Translations under genes and position numbers: made by a program
In this document: positions 56,501 to 64,000 of the stretch, in pieces
Numbering within the stretch: the first letter of the stretch is position 1
Layout: the number at the start of each line of letters is the position of its first letter
The notes under the pieces: generated by a model
Told to the model about the DNA's origin: nothing
What the model saw: the letters and a program-made list of their open reading frames with translations, nothing else
Databases searched by the model: none
DNA from: a virus
Lineage: Duplodnaviria > Caudoviricetes
DNA length: 64,000 nucleotides
IMG/VR virus record: IMGVR_UViG_3300005842_000004
Location: 715-64,714 of that record
Direction: 5' to 3' (one strand)

Positions 56501-57202
56501 CTAATCCTGTGCTCCGATATTACGGGCCAAGCGCAAACCGGTCCGATCGCCAATATTAACTCTGAGACAGATGTGCTCCTGCGCCGCAATGTTGGTAACA
56601 GACGTGCGATTGATTCCGAAGCGTTCAGCGATCTGAATTGTCGGCCACCCAGCTTGCAGCAATCGGACCACCTCAGCGCGAATCTTTCTCCTCTGTCGTC
56701 GAGCGCCCAAGAGCGTGCGGGCCTCATTGAGGAGCTTATTCGCCTCGCCTTTCGATAATCCTGCCTCTTCTCGCCAATCGCCCGGGATGTGCCCATTTTC
56801 CGCTGCAACAATCAAGAGAGACCTCTGCGGCTCTGGCAGACAATCAATGCGCTCACATACCTCTCGCAATTCGACACGTTCCGGTCCGCCATTCTTTGCG
56901 ACGCGGCGGTCGTCCAACTCGATGACGGATTGGCGCCGGTCTCGTAATCGCATCTGATTGTGCAGCCACTTGAACGCGGCACGTTTGGCACAGTAGACAT
57001 GACCGGCTGTGCCGCGTTCCCAGGATTCGGTAAACGCCAACCATACGGCTTCTTGGCAAGCGTCGTCTAGGTCGGCAGGTTGAACATGCTGACGGAGGAA
57101 TCGCAATATCACGCTCCGATAAAGCGGCAGTAATTCTTCGGCCTCTCCGGCGGTGACGGAAAATTTCTGCGAGATGTTCAGTGAGATAAACTCGGCGGTC
57201 AT
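56501..57202 (-). CDS. ECF-like RNA polymerase sigma factor with extra C-terminal HTH
   Basis: DLDDACQEA region 2, IDCLPEPQR region 4, TIQIAERFGINRTSV HTH. Confidence 0.75.
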   Translation of the reverse strand: MTAEFISLNISQKFSVTAGEAEELLPLYRSVILRFLRQHVQPADLDDACQEAVWLAFTESWERGTAGHVYCAKRAAFKWLHNQMRLRDRRQSVIELDDRRVAKNGGPERVELREVCERIDCLPEPQRSLLIVAAENGHIPGDWREEAGLSKGEANKLLNEARTLLGARRQRRKIRAEVVRLLQAGWPTIQIAERFGINRTSVTNIAAQEHICLRVNIGDRTGLRLARNIGAQD

Positions 57203-58830
57203 TTTCTCGTCTCCTCTGGCGGTCCCGGTATCCGATCCTTCTCATTGATCCATCGCTCACACAGCAACACGTCTCCCTTGCACTTCTTCCTCACCCATCG
57301 CCAATTCCCGTCACCGGTATATGTACTCCCCTTGTCGGTGATCGATCTGACTATCCGCCCTCGCATCTGATCCAATTGCGACACGATCTGATCATCATAG
57401 TAGGCGGGGATTTCGTCGCATCGGGCAGCCATGACCGGATCGGATGTCTTGTTTGGTAGGGGCATTTTCCCGATGATTTGGAATTCGCCCAATTTCCCCG
57501 GCAAATCGACTCCCTCCTTGAGTCCGGCGCCGATGACGAGAGGGTCTGACACCATTCCGATATGAGCAGAAGTGACGAATCCGGGCTTGGTCATCGATCG
57601 GCGCAGGATGTCGAGTGCTTCCCGGCTCGTCTCGCAGTCGGCACCTTTGAACCGACCATATGCAATGAGACGTTTACGGTTGCGAGTCGAAGCTAATATC
57701 TGCTCAGTCAAGTTGTGCGATTGCGTGTGATAAAGCCCCCGATACCCTCGCCACATGTCGATAATCTGGTCGTACTTGCCGACGATTTGGCGGATGTCAG
57801 ATGAGGTCGACTTGTACGAGAGCGAGATTCCCGAATTGACGTAGATGAACGGGCGATTGACTATCGGGAAGGTTGACCCAATCTCGATATATTCCGTCTC
57901 ATCTCGGCTTATCCCAATGTAATCTGTCACCGATGGTAAGAGTGTGGCCGAGGTAATCAATACTCTCGGCGTCGACTGAACAAGTAGTCGTGACGTGTAC
58001 GCCTTGCCCCACACCGGAGTAAATGTGTGCTTCCCGTCACGATCTGATTGATAGATCCAGCGAGTCAGTCGATCCTCTGCCACCCCGGCCAATTCGATCA
58101 GATCCCGATGGATGGCGGCTAATCGGGTGCGCGCTTTCGGATTGGATGAGCTTTGATACGCTTGGCTGACACGGGGAAGGGATGATCTTGCCCATGATGA
58201 CCAGACAGATAGGGTGCCAGTGTTCGATGGGACAAGAAGGTCGGCAACCTTTTCGAGCTCGGGTTCTAATAATTCGATCGCACAAAAGTCAGCGAGTAAT
58301 TCGGGGAGTCGATGCCCCTCGTCAAATACAACTAGATCGAATGAACCAATGCCGGCGGGGACGGTGCCGGATTCATTTGGGGTTGATCGCATCCGGCCCA
58401 GAGTGAACCACAGTGCGGTATTGCATACGACCAATGATGATTGTCGTGCATTGTCCATCGCCACTTCTCTAGGGCAACGGGCAGGGTCGGCGATAGGTGC
58501 ACGTTTGTGGCCGCACTCGTTCGCGGACCCGATCTCACAATTACCGTAGAGAGGGCAAGGGTATGACGATTGACCCCGGATATCCGCCGTGTCGGGGAAG
58601 TCGCGGATGATCTGGTCTTGGAGTGACTTCTGCGGAGTGACGAAACATGCCCGACCCCCCATCAGCCGGGCAGTGGTCTGATACATGAGAGATTTTCCCG
58701 AGCCACACGGGCCGAGGAGTTTGGATACGGGGAGAGAGGATAGGGCGAGATCCCCCGCTATTTCGAGCTGACCAGGGCGAAAGGAGGGAAATGTGTCCGG
58801 GTCAAGCCCGAGAGAAGCAGGGGTGATCAT
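57199..58830 (-). CDS. DinG/XPD-like SF2 helicase
   Basis: FRPGQ, GPCGSGKS, Cys cluster, FDEGH, TSATL, EGVDLPG, QMRGRIVRS..D.G. Confidence 0.9.
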   Translation of the reverse strand: MITPASLGLDPDTFPSFRPGQLEIAGDLALSSLPVSKLLGPCGSGKSLMYQTTARLMGGRACFVTPQKSLQDQIIRDFPDTADIRGQSSYPCPLYGNCEIGSANECGHKRAPIADPARCPREVAMDNARQSSLVVCNTALWFTLGRMRSTPNESGTVPAGIGSFDLVVFDEGHRLPELLADFCAIELLEPELEKVADLLVPSNTGTLSVWSSWARSSLPRVSQAYQSSSNPKARTRLAAIHRDLIELAGVAEDRLTRWIYQSDRDGKHTFTPVWGKAYTSRLLVQSTPRVLITSATLLPSVTDYIGISRDETEYIEIGSTFPIVNRPFIYVNSGISLSYKSTSSDIRQIVGKYDQIIDMWRGYRGLYHTQSHNLTEQILASTRNRKRLIAYGRFKGADCETSREALDILRRSMTKPGFVTSAHIGMVSDPLVIGAGLKEGVDLPGKLGEFQIIGKMPLPNKTSDPVMAARCDEIPAYYDDQIVSQLDQMRGRIVRSITDKGSTYTGDGNWRWVRKKCKGDVLLCERWINEKDRIPGPPEETRK

Positions 58831-59321
58831 CAGGCCGACACCATAGACGACAGAGCTGGTGGCAGTTGGATCTCACACCAAGCAAATGCCGGAGAATGGC
58901 AGAACACCCACTCTGTCGCATATCCGTATGCCAGATCGACGGCAGGGCCATCATCGCCAGACCGTTTTGATCGATAAGCAAAGAGCAGCTCGTGATCTTT
59001 CGGCGCCTTGTCCATCTCGGTCGACCACACCAGGACGCCGACCTGCCACAGTGCGCCGCCATCGATCTGTTTCTCTCCGGCGCGCGCGCACCATCGATCA
59101 AGTATCGCGGGCGGGTATGGATCAGATATCAGATTGAGTGTCAGACGTTGCCCGCCGGTCGGGATGCGCCTAGCGTGCGCGTCGCCGACTCGCGGTGTGC
59201 ACTCGTAGATGTCGGCGTTACGTTCACCAGTGAAGTCCCAATCTCGCCCGGACGCCTCCGCGCTCACCGCCTCACGTACGACAGCGGCGACATGGTCTTT
59301 GAGCGTGCCGAGGTCTTTCAT
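58830..59321 (-). CDS. Hypothetical protein
   Basis: Coupled at both ends. Confidence 0.6.
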   Translation of the reverse strand: MKDLGTLKDHVAAVVREAVSAEASGRDWDFTGERNADIYECTPRVGDAHARRIPTGGQRLTLNLISDPYPPAILDRWCARAGEKQIDGGALWQVGVLVWSTEMDKAPKDHELLFAYRSKRSGDDGPAVDLAYGYATEWVFCHSPAFAWCEIQLPPALSSMVSA

Positions 59322-59767
59322 CCGAGTTTCTCTCTCAGCTCCGATACCGCCAGTTCGAGCGCCTCGATCCGGCCGGTCAGAGTCATATGGTGATGGGTTG
59401 ACGTGATGCCTCCGCTCCTCGCCAGATCATCGCCTGGGGTGAATGCGGGCAGAGTGGCGGCCGGCCGTCGTCCTGGCTTCTTCCCAACCTTGCGACGGGG
59501 CATATCGCCGGGTTTGGCCTCTCCCGTACTCGCCGCTTCATTTCCGCCACCCGCCGGCCTCCCTGGCTTAGCGACCGATTTGATTTCCTTGAACACTTCG
59601 ACGACACCGGGCAGATATCGCCGCTTTTTCCCCTCGCCGACAATGAATGGGGAGATGCGGGCAGAGTGGGCGGGATTGGCAACGTAGCGGGTCAGCGTGG
59701 CGGTGGATGCACCCGTGAGCTGGGCGGCTTGAATGAGGGTGATGGGCGCGGTACGGGTTCGGGACAT
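59318..59767 (-). CDS. HTH (MerR/excisionase-like) DNA-binding protein
   Basis: ITLIQAAQLTGASTATLTRY..GKKRRY; SD AAGGAG before ATG 59767 (alternative start 59884). Confidence 0.65.
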   Translation of the reverse strand: MSRTRTAPITLIQAAQLTGASTATLTRYVANPAHSARISPFIVGEGKKRRYLPGVVEVFKEIKSVAKPGRPAGGGNEAASTGEAKPGDMPRRKVGKKPGRRPAATLPAFTPGDDLARSGGITSTHHHMTLTGRIEALELAVSELREKLG

Positions 59768-59852
59768 GGGATCGGTCTCCTTGATTGGATCGGAATCAGC
59801 GTTCACGTTCACTTCGGCGTCGATGTCGGCGGCGTTGATCGGATCACTCGGA

Positions 59853-60776
59853 TCACTCAGATTTGATTCTGGTGGTTCTGGCATTCACTGCCTCCCTGTG
59901 GTTGTGGCAAGCTTCGGTATGTGCGGGTGGTCCGCCATTGTGGCTGACTGCGCATCGATCGCAGACGCAGCCGCAGATGAGGCAATAAGCGCTGGCGTTC
60001 GGACGGGCTGCCTTGTTGACGACCTTCGCACACGCCAGCCGGAACACTCTCGCCTCCTCTGCCAGCGCGCGGTATGCTCGGTCTTCAAACCCTACACACC
60101 GCATGAAGTCGAGATCGCGGAGAGCTTTCGATAGAGCGGACATTCCCGCTTGGTCGCATGCGAGCTCCAGATCGGAGAGGAGGACTTCGACCTTTTCCTC
60201 TGCGAGGGTGAGATCGGGCAGCGGGTCGGCAGCGTCTCGGCCGGCATCGTTCAATCCGAGTTCACGCAGCTCGCTTTGTCTGAATTCGAGTGCAGCCTTG
60301 ACCAGGGCGTCCCGCAGCGCGTCGATCGCCTGCTTATCGGTCGAGCTGGCAGGCTTGGCGTTGACGTATTCGGTTGCGCATCCGAGGAGTAGGATGGCGC
60401 ATTCCCGGAGAGTCGGCGGGCGCTCATCACCCCGCACATCGCGCTTTTCACCTTGTCCGAAAAACTCTCGATACTCTGCCTCTCTTGCGATCTCCGCTCC
60501 TCGCTTTCTTGCGGTGTTGATCGAGATCAGACCGGCAAAGACAAGGCGGGCGATTTCTTCGTTATTTATTGCGGCAGCCGCAAGCAGAGATTCGTTCTGA
60601 TCTCGATGCTGCTCTTCCGGCTCAAGCGGTGGATTGCACGGGAGATCGACGGCGATGGCGCCAAGCGCCAGTATTGCTTTGTTCAGCCAGTACGCTTTAG
60701 CTTGCTCGGTCATCTCGCACACCAATAGGCCAGACATCGATTCAGCCATCTTTACGCGCATCTCATCCCGAGTCAT
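59853..60776 (-). CDS. Hypothetical protein
   Basis: 307 aa; C-terminal CxxCxCxCxxC..HTEAC motif like that of 41496-41792. Confidence 0.6.
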   Translation of the reverse strand: MTRDEMRVKMAESMSGLLVCEMTEQAKAYWLNKAILALGAIAVDLPCNPPLEPEEQHRDQNESLLAAAAINNEEIARLVFAGLISINTARKRGAEIAREAEYREFFGQGEKRDVRGDERPPTLRECAILLLGCATEYVNAKPASSTDKQAIDALRDALVKAALEFRQSELRELGLNDAGRDAADPLPDLTLAEEKVEVLLSDLELACDQAGMSALSKALRDLDFMRCVGFEDRAYRALAEEARVFRLACAKVVNKAARPNASAYCLICGCVCDRCAVSHNGGPPAHTEACHNHREAVNARTTRIKSE

Positions 60777-61528
60777 ACCGTCCCCCTTGCCGATCTCGAC
60801 CCCGTGCTGACCTTGGAGTCATATGTGATCGATCCCTCGCCAACGATCTCGACCACCTTCGACCCGTACGTCTTGATCGCCGCTTTGATTTTCTTGTCCA
60901 GCCACTCACATCCACCCTTGGTTTCGAGCTCGGCAAGGATCGCGGTGTAGAGGAATTGGGGATCGATCTTGTACACGTTGACCAGCTCGTAGACTCCAAC
61001 CTTGCGCGATGACAAGCCGGCGATCTGTGGCGCCCGGAACATGACAGGAAGCGGAGCCGGCTGACTTGGTGCGGCCATCCTCTCCTCTACCTCCGCCAGC
61101 TCTTCCGCATCGCCGAGGATATCCGCTTCCAATCTCGCCCTCTCCAGTGCTTCCATCCGATCGGCCTCAGCTTGGGCGGCGATCCGGCGGGCCTCAGCTT
61201 CCCGCGCTCGGATAAGCGAGGTCTGGTACTCGTCTTGCCGAGATTTGATGACGGTGTCGGCGGACTTGAGCGGGCCGACATAGGCGTTGAGATCAGCCAA
61301 GAGACGGGAGTGGAGTGCGTCCGCCTCTTTGATCCCCGGGCGCAGGAGAGATTCGAACCCAGAGATGGCGTCACGCAGGCGTTGACGGTGGGCGGCGGCA
61401 ATTTCAAGGTCGGCGTCGGATGAGACTGTGATCGCCTTCGCCTGGGTGACGAGAGCGGCGCAGTTGGACTGAAGCCGAGTGAGCGCGGCAGAGGGAACGG
61501 GGACGGGTGCGATCGTAGTGTCTGCCAC
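60773..61528 (-). CDS. Hypothetical coiled-coil phage protein
   Basis: Ala/Glu/Arg-rich helices. Confidence 0.7.
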   Translation of the reverse strand: MADTTIAPVPVPSAALTRLQSNCAALVTQAKAITVSSDADLEIAAAHRQRLRDAISGFESLLRPGIKEADALHSRLLADLNAYVGPLKSADTVIKSRQDEYQTSLIRAREAEARRIAAQAEADRMEALERARLEADILGDAEELAEVEERMAAPSQPAPLPVMFRAPQIAGLSSRKVGVYELVNVYKIDPQFLYTAILAELETKGGCEWLDKKIKAAIKTYGSKVVEIVGEGSITYDSKVSTGSRSARGTV

Positions 61529-61530
61529 GA

Positions 61531-61995
61531 TCAGCCCCAGTAGCTCGACAGATACCAGCTCGGTTCGCCTTCGTATTTAAGATCGTATTTGGCGCAGACT
61601 TCTTTCAGTGCCTCAATCGCACTCCCGTCCACGCTCAGCTCTTCCGGATTGATCGCAACCGGATTGCCACGATTTGCAGTCTGCAAGCTGTCAGGAATGG
61701 CGAGGATGTATGCAGGGTAATCGCCGGACTGGTAGTTGATCTCTACGACCGGACACGGGTGGGACTTCTTCCAGCTGCTCTGACTATCGAAATATGCATC
61801 TACGCGCGGGTCGTCCTCTTTGAATCCAGGAGCGAAGTTGCCGTCTGCGTCGAAAGGATTCTCGCCGTCGTATTTCCATCCGCTCTCTTCAAGCCACCAG
61901 TCCTCGATACCGTCGTCGCGATCAGACCACGGGAATTCATAGTCCTCTTCGAACATCACACCGAAACAAATCTGTCCATCTGTGCTGGTTCCCAT
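61531..61995 (-). CDS. Hypothetical acidic phage protein
   Basis: MG.STDGQICFGV...WYLSSYWG; packed after polymerase. Confidence 0.7.
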   Translation of the reverse strand: MGTSTDGQICFGVMFEEDYEFPWSDRDDGIEDWWLEESGWKYDGENPFDADGNFAPGFKEDDPRVDAYFDSQSSWKKSHPCPVVEINYQSGDYPAYILAIPDSLQTANRGNPVAINPEELSVDGSAIEALKEVCAKYDLKYEGEPSWYLSSYWG

Positions 61996-61996
61996 C

Positions 61997-64000
61997 TCAA
62001 AGTCCTCCCCATGTTTTACTGGTTTTACTCTCCGCCTTCACCTCAATCCCATCCATCAGCTTATACCCGCAATACTCCACCAATCCCCTCTCCACCTCCT
62101 CCATCACATATGCCGCATCCTGCTCTCTCGATAATAGCACAAGTGAATCATGCACGGTCAGCAGCCACATCACGCCGACACCCTCGACCTCTCGCATCTC
62201 CCATATGCGATTCTTGAGACGGGAGCGGACCGACCGCTGCAATAGATCTTGAGCCGATCCCTGTACTCTATGATTGACTGCTTGTCTGATCGCCTCGGCT
62301 ACAACCGATTTATCTTCTGACCATATCCCGGGGAGATATCGCTCCATCCCTGACATTGACCGGACTCGACCACCTAGACATGTCGGGGTGCCGTGGCGCA
62401 ATTCGTGTGCGGTCAGCTCCTCAAATCGGCCCACGGAAGGATAGATCTCATATTTGATGCGATCGATAAAATCCTGACAGTCATCGTCAGTGTACTGGAC
62501 GAGATTCTGCATCCACAATTGTTCACGTAACCCCGGCCCGGATTGACCATAGATCGGCCCAAAGAATGCGCGTTTCCCGACTGTCTTCTGCTCATCGGTA
62601 ACTTCGGCGATCGGGATAGAAAATAGGCGAGATGCCGTCTGCTTATGGAACTGTCCGCGTTGAATAGCTGCGATCAACTCGGGTCCGCGGGATAAGTGTG
62701 CCATGACGCACACTTCGATTGAGGATAGGTCGGACTCGACAAACACCCACCCATCCGGAGCGATATAGCAATCCCGGATCATCTTCCCATAAATCGAATG
62801 TTTGGGCTGAGCAAGTAGATTCGGCCTTGCCATCGCGCACCGCCTGGTCGTCGTCCCCCATGGTTTGATCTGCCCGTGACTCCAGGCGGAATCGTCCATG
62901 TCTTCCGGCTCAGTCATCCCATCATCAAGCAAGCGGAGGGCGGACTTGGCATAGGTATCCCGGGTGTGCTGAGCACTGCGCCACTTAAAGATCTCCACGA
63001 CCAGGCCACGACGATGCTTCTCCCGGGCGGACATGTCATCGTCGATGAAGCGGAGATGCTCTATCGACTTCTTACCGGTAGACATCGACCGCTTGCCTTT
63101 GGCATTGGGCCTATTGCGCTTGGTCCCTCTGATGCCAAGACGATCGAATAACCGATTGACTTGAGGCGGAGACTTCGGATTAAACGGTTGACCATCACAA
63201 TACTTGGTCGATATGCCGGTCACAATCTCAATCATCGACTCGGTCATCCTGTCCCGGACAGATTCCAGTGCACGTCGGGAACATGGCATACCGTTCGCCT
63301 GCATCTCAGCGTAGACATGCATATTGGCGGAGAATTCACGGGCGAGGTCTAGTTTGCCCTCTCGCTCCAAACGTCGCAGATAGGGTGTGTATAGGCGATA
63401 GCTTGCGTGGGCGTCATCGCACGAGTAAATCAATGCCGCCTCCGGATCTCTCTCCCATACCGCGCGCATTGTTCCGTGTGGAATCTGTCCTATTTCGCGC
63501 GCAACTTTTCGGCAGAGATCGGGCATCGACTCCGCCACCTTCCGCCACCGAGCAAGCGGATCGACACCGGCAATCTTCTCCTCTTCAGAGTTGACGGCGG
63601 ACTCGGGCGCATCGTCGGATTCGGAGTCGGAATTACCTGTCGAATCGTCGACGGATAAATCGGTATCCTCATCGTCCGCATCAACCTCGCCACCGCCGCA
63701 CGCATCAATGATCGATTGCGCCCGTCTCCATATCGGTTGCGGCTTCCACGTCACTTTCCACGTGCCGGAGTTGTCGAGTTTCCACAGCTCGCCGGGAGCC
63801 AGCCACTTCTTCGTGTGGTCGACCACTCGCCGCAACCAATCAAGCTGTAATTCCCGCCCAAGCTCGCCCACCGTCTCGGTATGCGATCGCATTTTCATTC
63901 CAAGCGTGCGCCATGCTGACGGTTTCAATCCGAGCGGCTCAAGACAGAATAGATAGTTGTCGAATAGGGTGTCGTGGACATGGGCGTGAAATAAGTCGAG
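61997..64000 (-). CDS. polA: Family A DNA polymerase, 5'-truncated by window edge
   Basis: Motif A SDLSSIEV, motif B KTVGKRAFFGPIYG, AVNHRVQGSAQD, motif C VHDS; exonuclease HDTL..YL..GLK and YSCDDA; frame open to 64000. Confidence 0.93.
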   Translation of the reverse strand, partial: LDLFHAHVHDTLFDNYLFCLEPLGLKPSAWRTLGMKMRSHTETVGELGRELQLDWLRRVVDHTKKWLAPGELWKLDNSGTWKVTWKPQPIWRRAQSIIDACGGGEVDADDEDTDLSVDDSTGNSDSESDDAPESAVNSEEEKIAGVDPLARWRKVAESMPDLCRKVAREIGQIPHGTMRAVWERDPEAALIYSCDDAHASYRLYTPYLRRLEREGKLDLAREFSANMHVYAEMQANGMPCSRRALESVRDRMTESMIEIVTGISTKYCDGQPFNPKSPPQVNRLFDRLGIRGTKRNRPNAKGKRSMSTGKKSIEHLRFIDDDMSAREKHRRGLVVEIFKWRSAQHTRDTYAKSALRLLDDGMTEPEDMDDSAWSHGQIKPWGTTTRRCAMARPNLLAQPKHSIYGKMIRDCYIAPDGWVFVESDLSSIEVCVMAHLSRGPELIAAIQRGQFHKQTASRLFSIPIAEVTDEQKTVGKRAFFGPIYGQSGPGLREQLWMQNLVQYTDDDCQDFIDRIKYEIYPSVGRFEELTAHELRHGTPTCLGGRVRSMSGMERYLPGIWSEDKSVVAEAIRQAVNHRVQGSAQDLLQRSVRSRLKNRIWEMREVEGVGVMWLLTVHDSLVLLSREQDAAYVMEEVERGLVEYCGYKLMDGIEVKAESKTSKTWGGL

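Larger units (their letters stand above)
1..64000 (-). mobile_element. Tailed dsDNA phage genome (siphovirus-like), nearly complete
   Basis: Terminase, portal, protease, HK97-type capsid, tail tube, tape measure, endolysin and DNA polymerase, all co-oriented with many ATGA/GTGA stop-start overlaps; no host genes or att junction seen. Confidence 0.96.

Noticed and set aside
1-64000. tRNA genes and attL/attR prophage boundaries
   Set aside because: No cloverleaf or host-phage junction recognised by eye; tRNAscan-SE would be decisive

Overview
The whole window is a tailed (siphovirus-like, HK97-fold) bacteriophage genome, essentially all encoded on the minus strand, with no host housekeeping genes. 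Reading in gene direction (64000 to 1): replication/recombination/nucleotide module (family A DNA polymerase, DinG-like helicase, ECF-like sigma, truncated BREX PglX, nuclease, MazG-like, AAA ATPase, ERCC4-like, PAPS-reductase-like), early hypotheticals and a ParB-like protein, HNH genes, a probable cos region, terminase, portal, S49 protease, capsid, neck, two tail-tube paralogues, a -1 frameshifted tail chaperone, tape measure, lysis genes, an accessory insert, distal tail genes, then HTH genes, a UvrD-like helicase, a tyrosine recombinase and a UDG-like gene cut by the window edge. The two truncated ends may be halves of one UDG-PolA gene, implying a nearly complete circular genome. Most notable: the phage carries an orphan Cys/Thr-rich lanthipeptide-type precursor with its own promoter (11954-12163) and, 2.4 kb away, an unannotated 21-aa ORF consisting only of the same leader motif (9474-9539), with no modification enzymes in the window. 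It also has a catalytically incomplete PglX and a palindromic operator overlapping the -35 box of several promoters. Family calls are from motif recognition by eye; no searches were run. An Acidobacteriota-like host is an inference.
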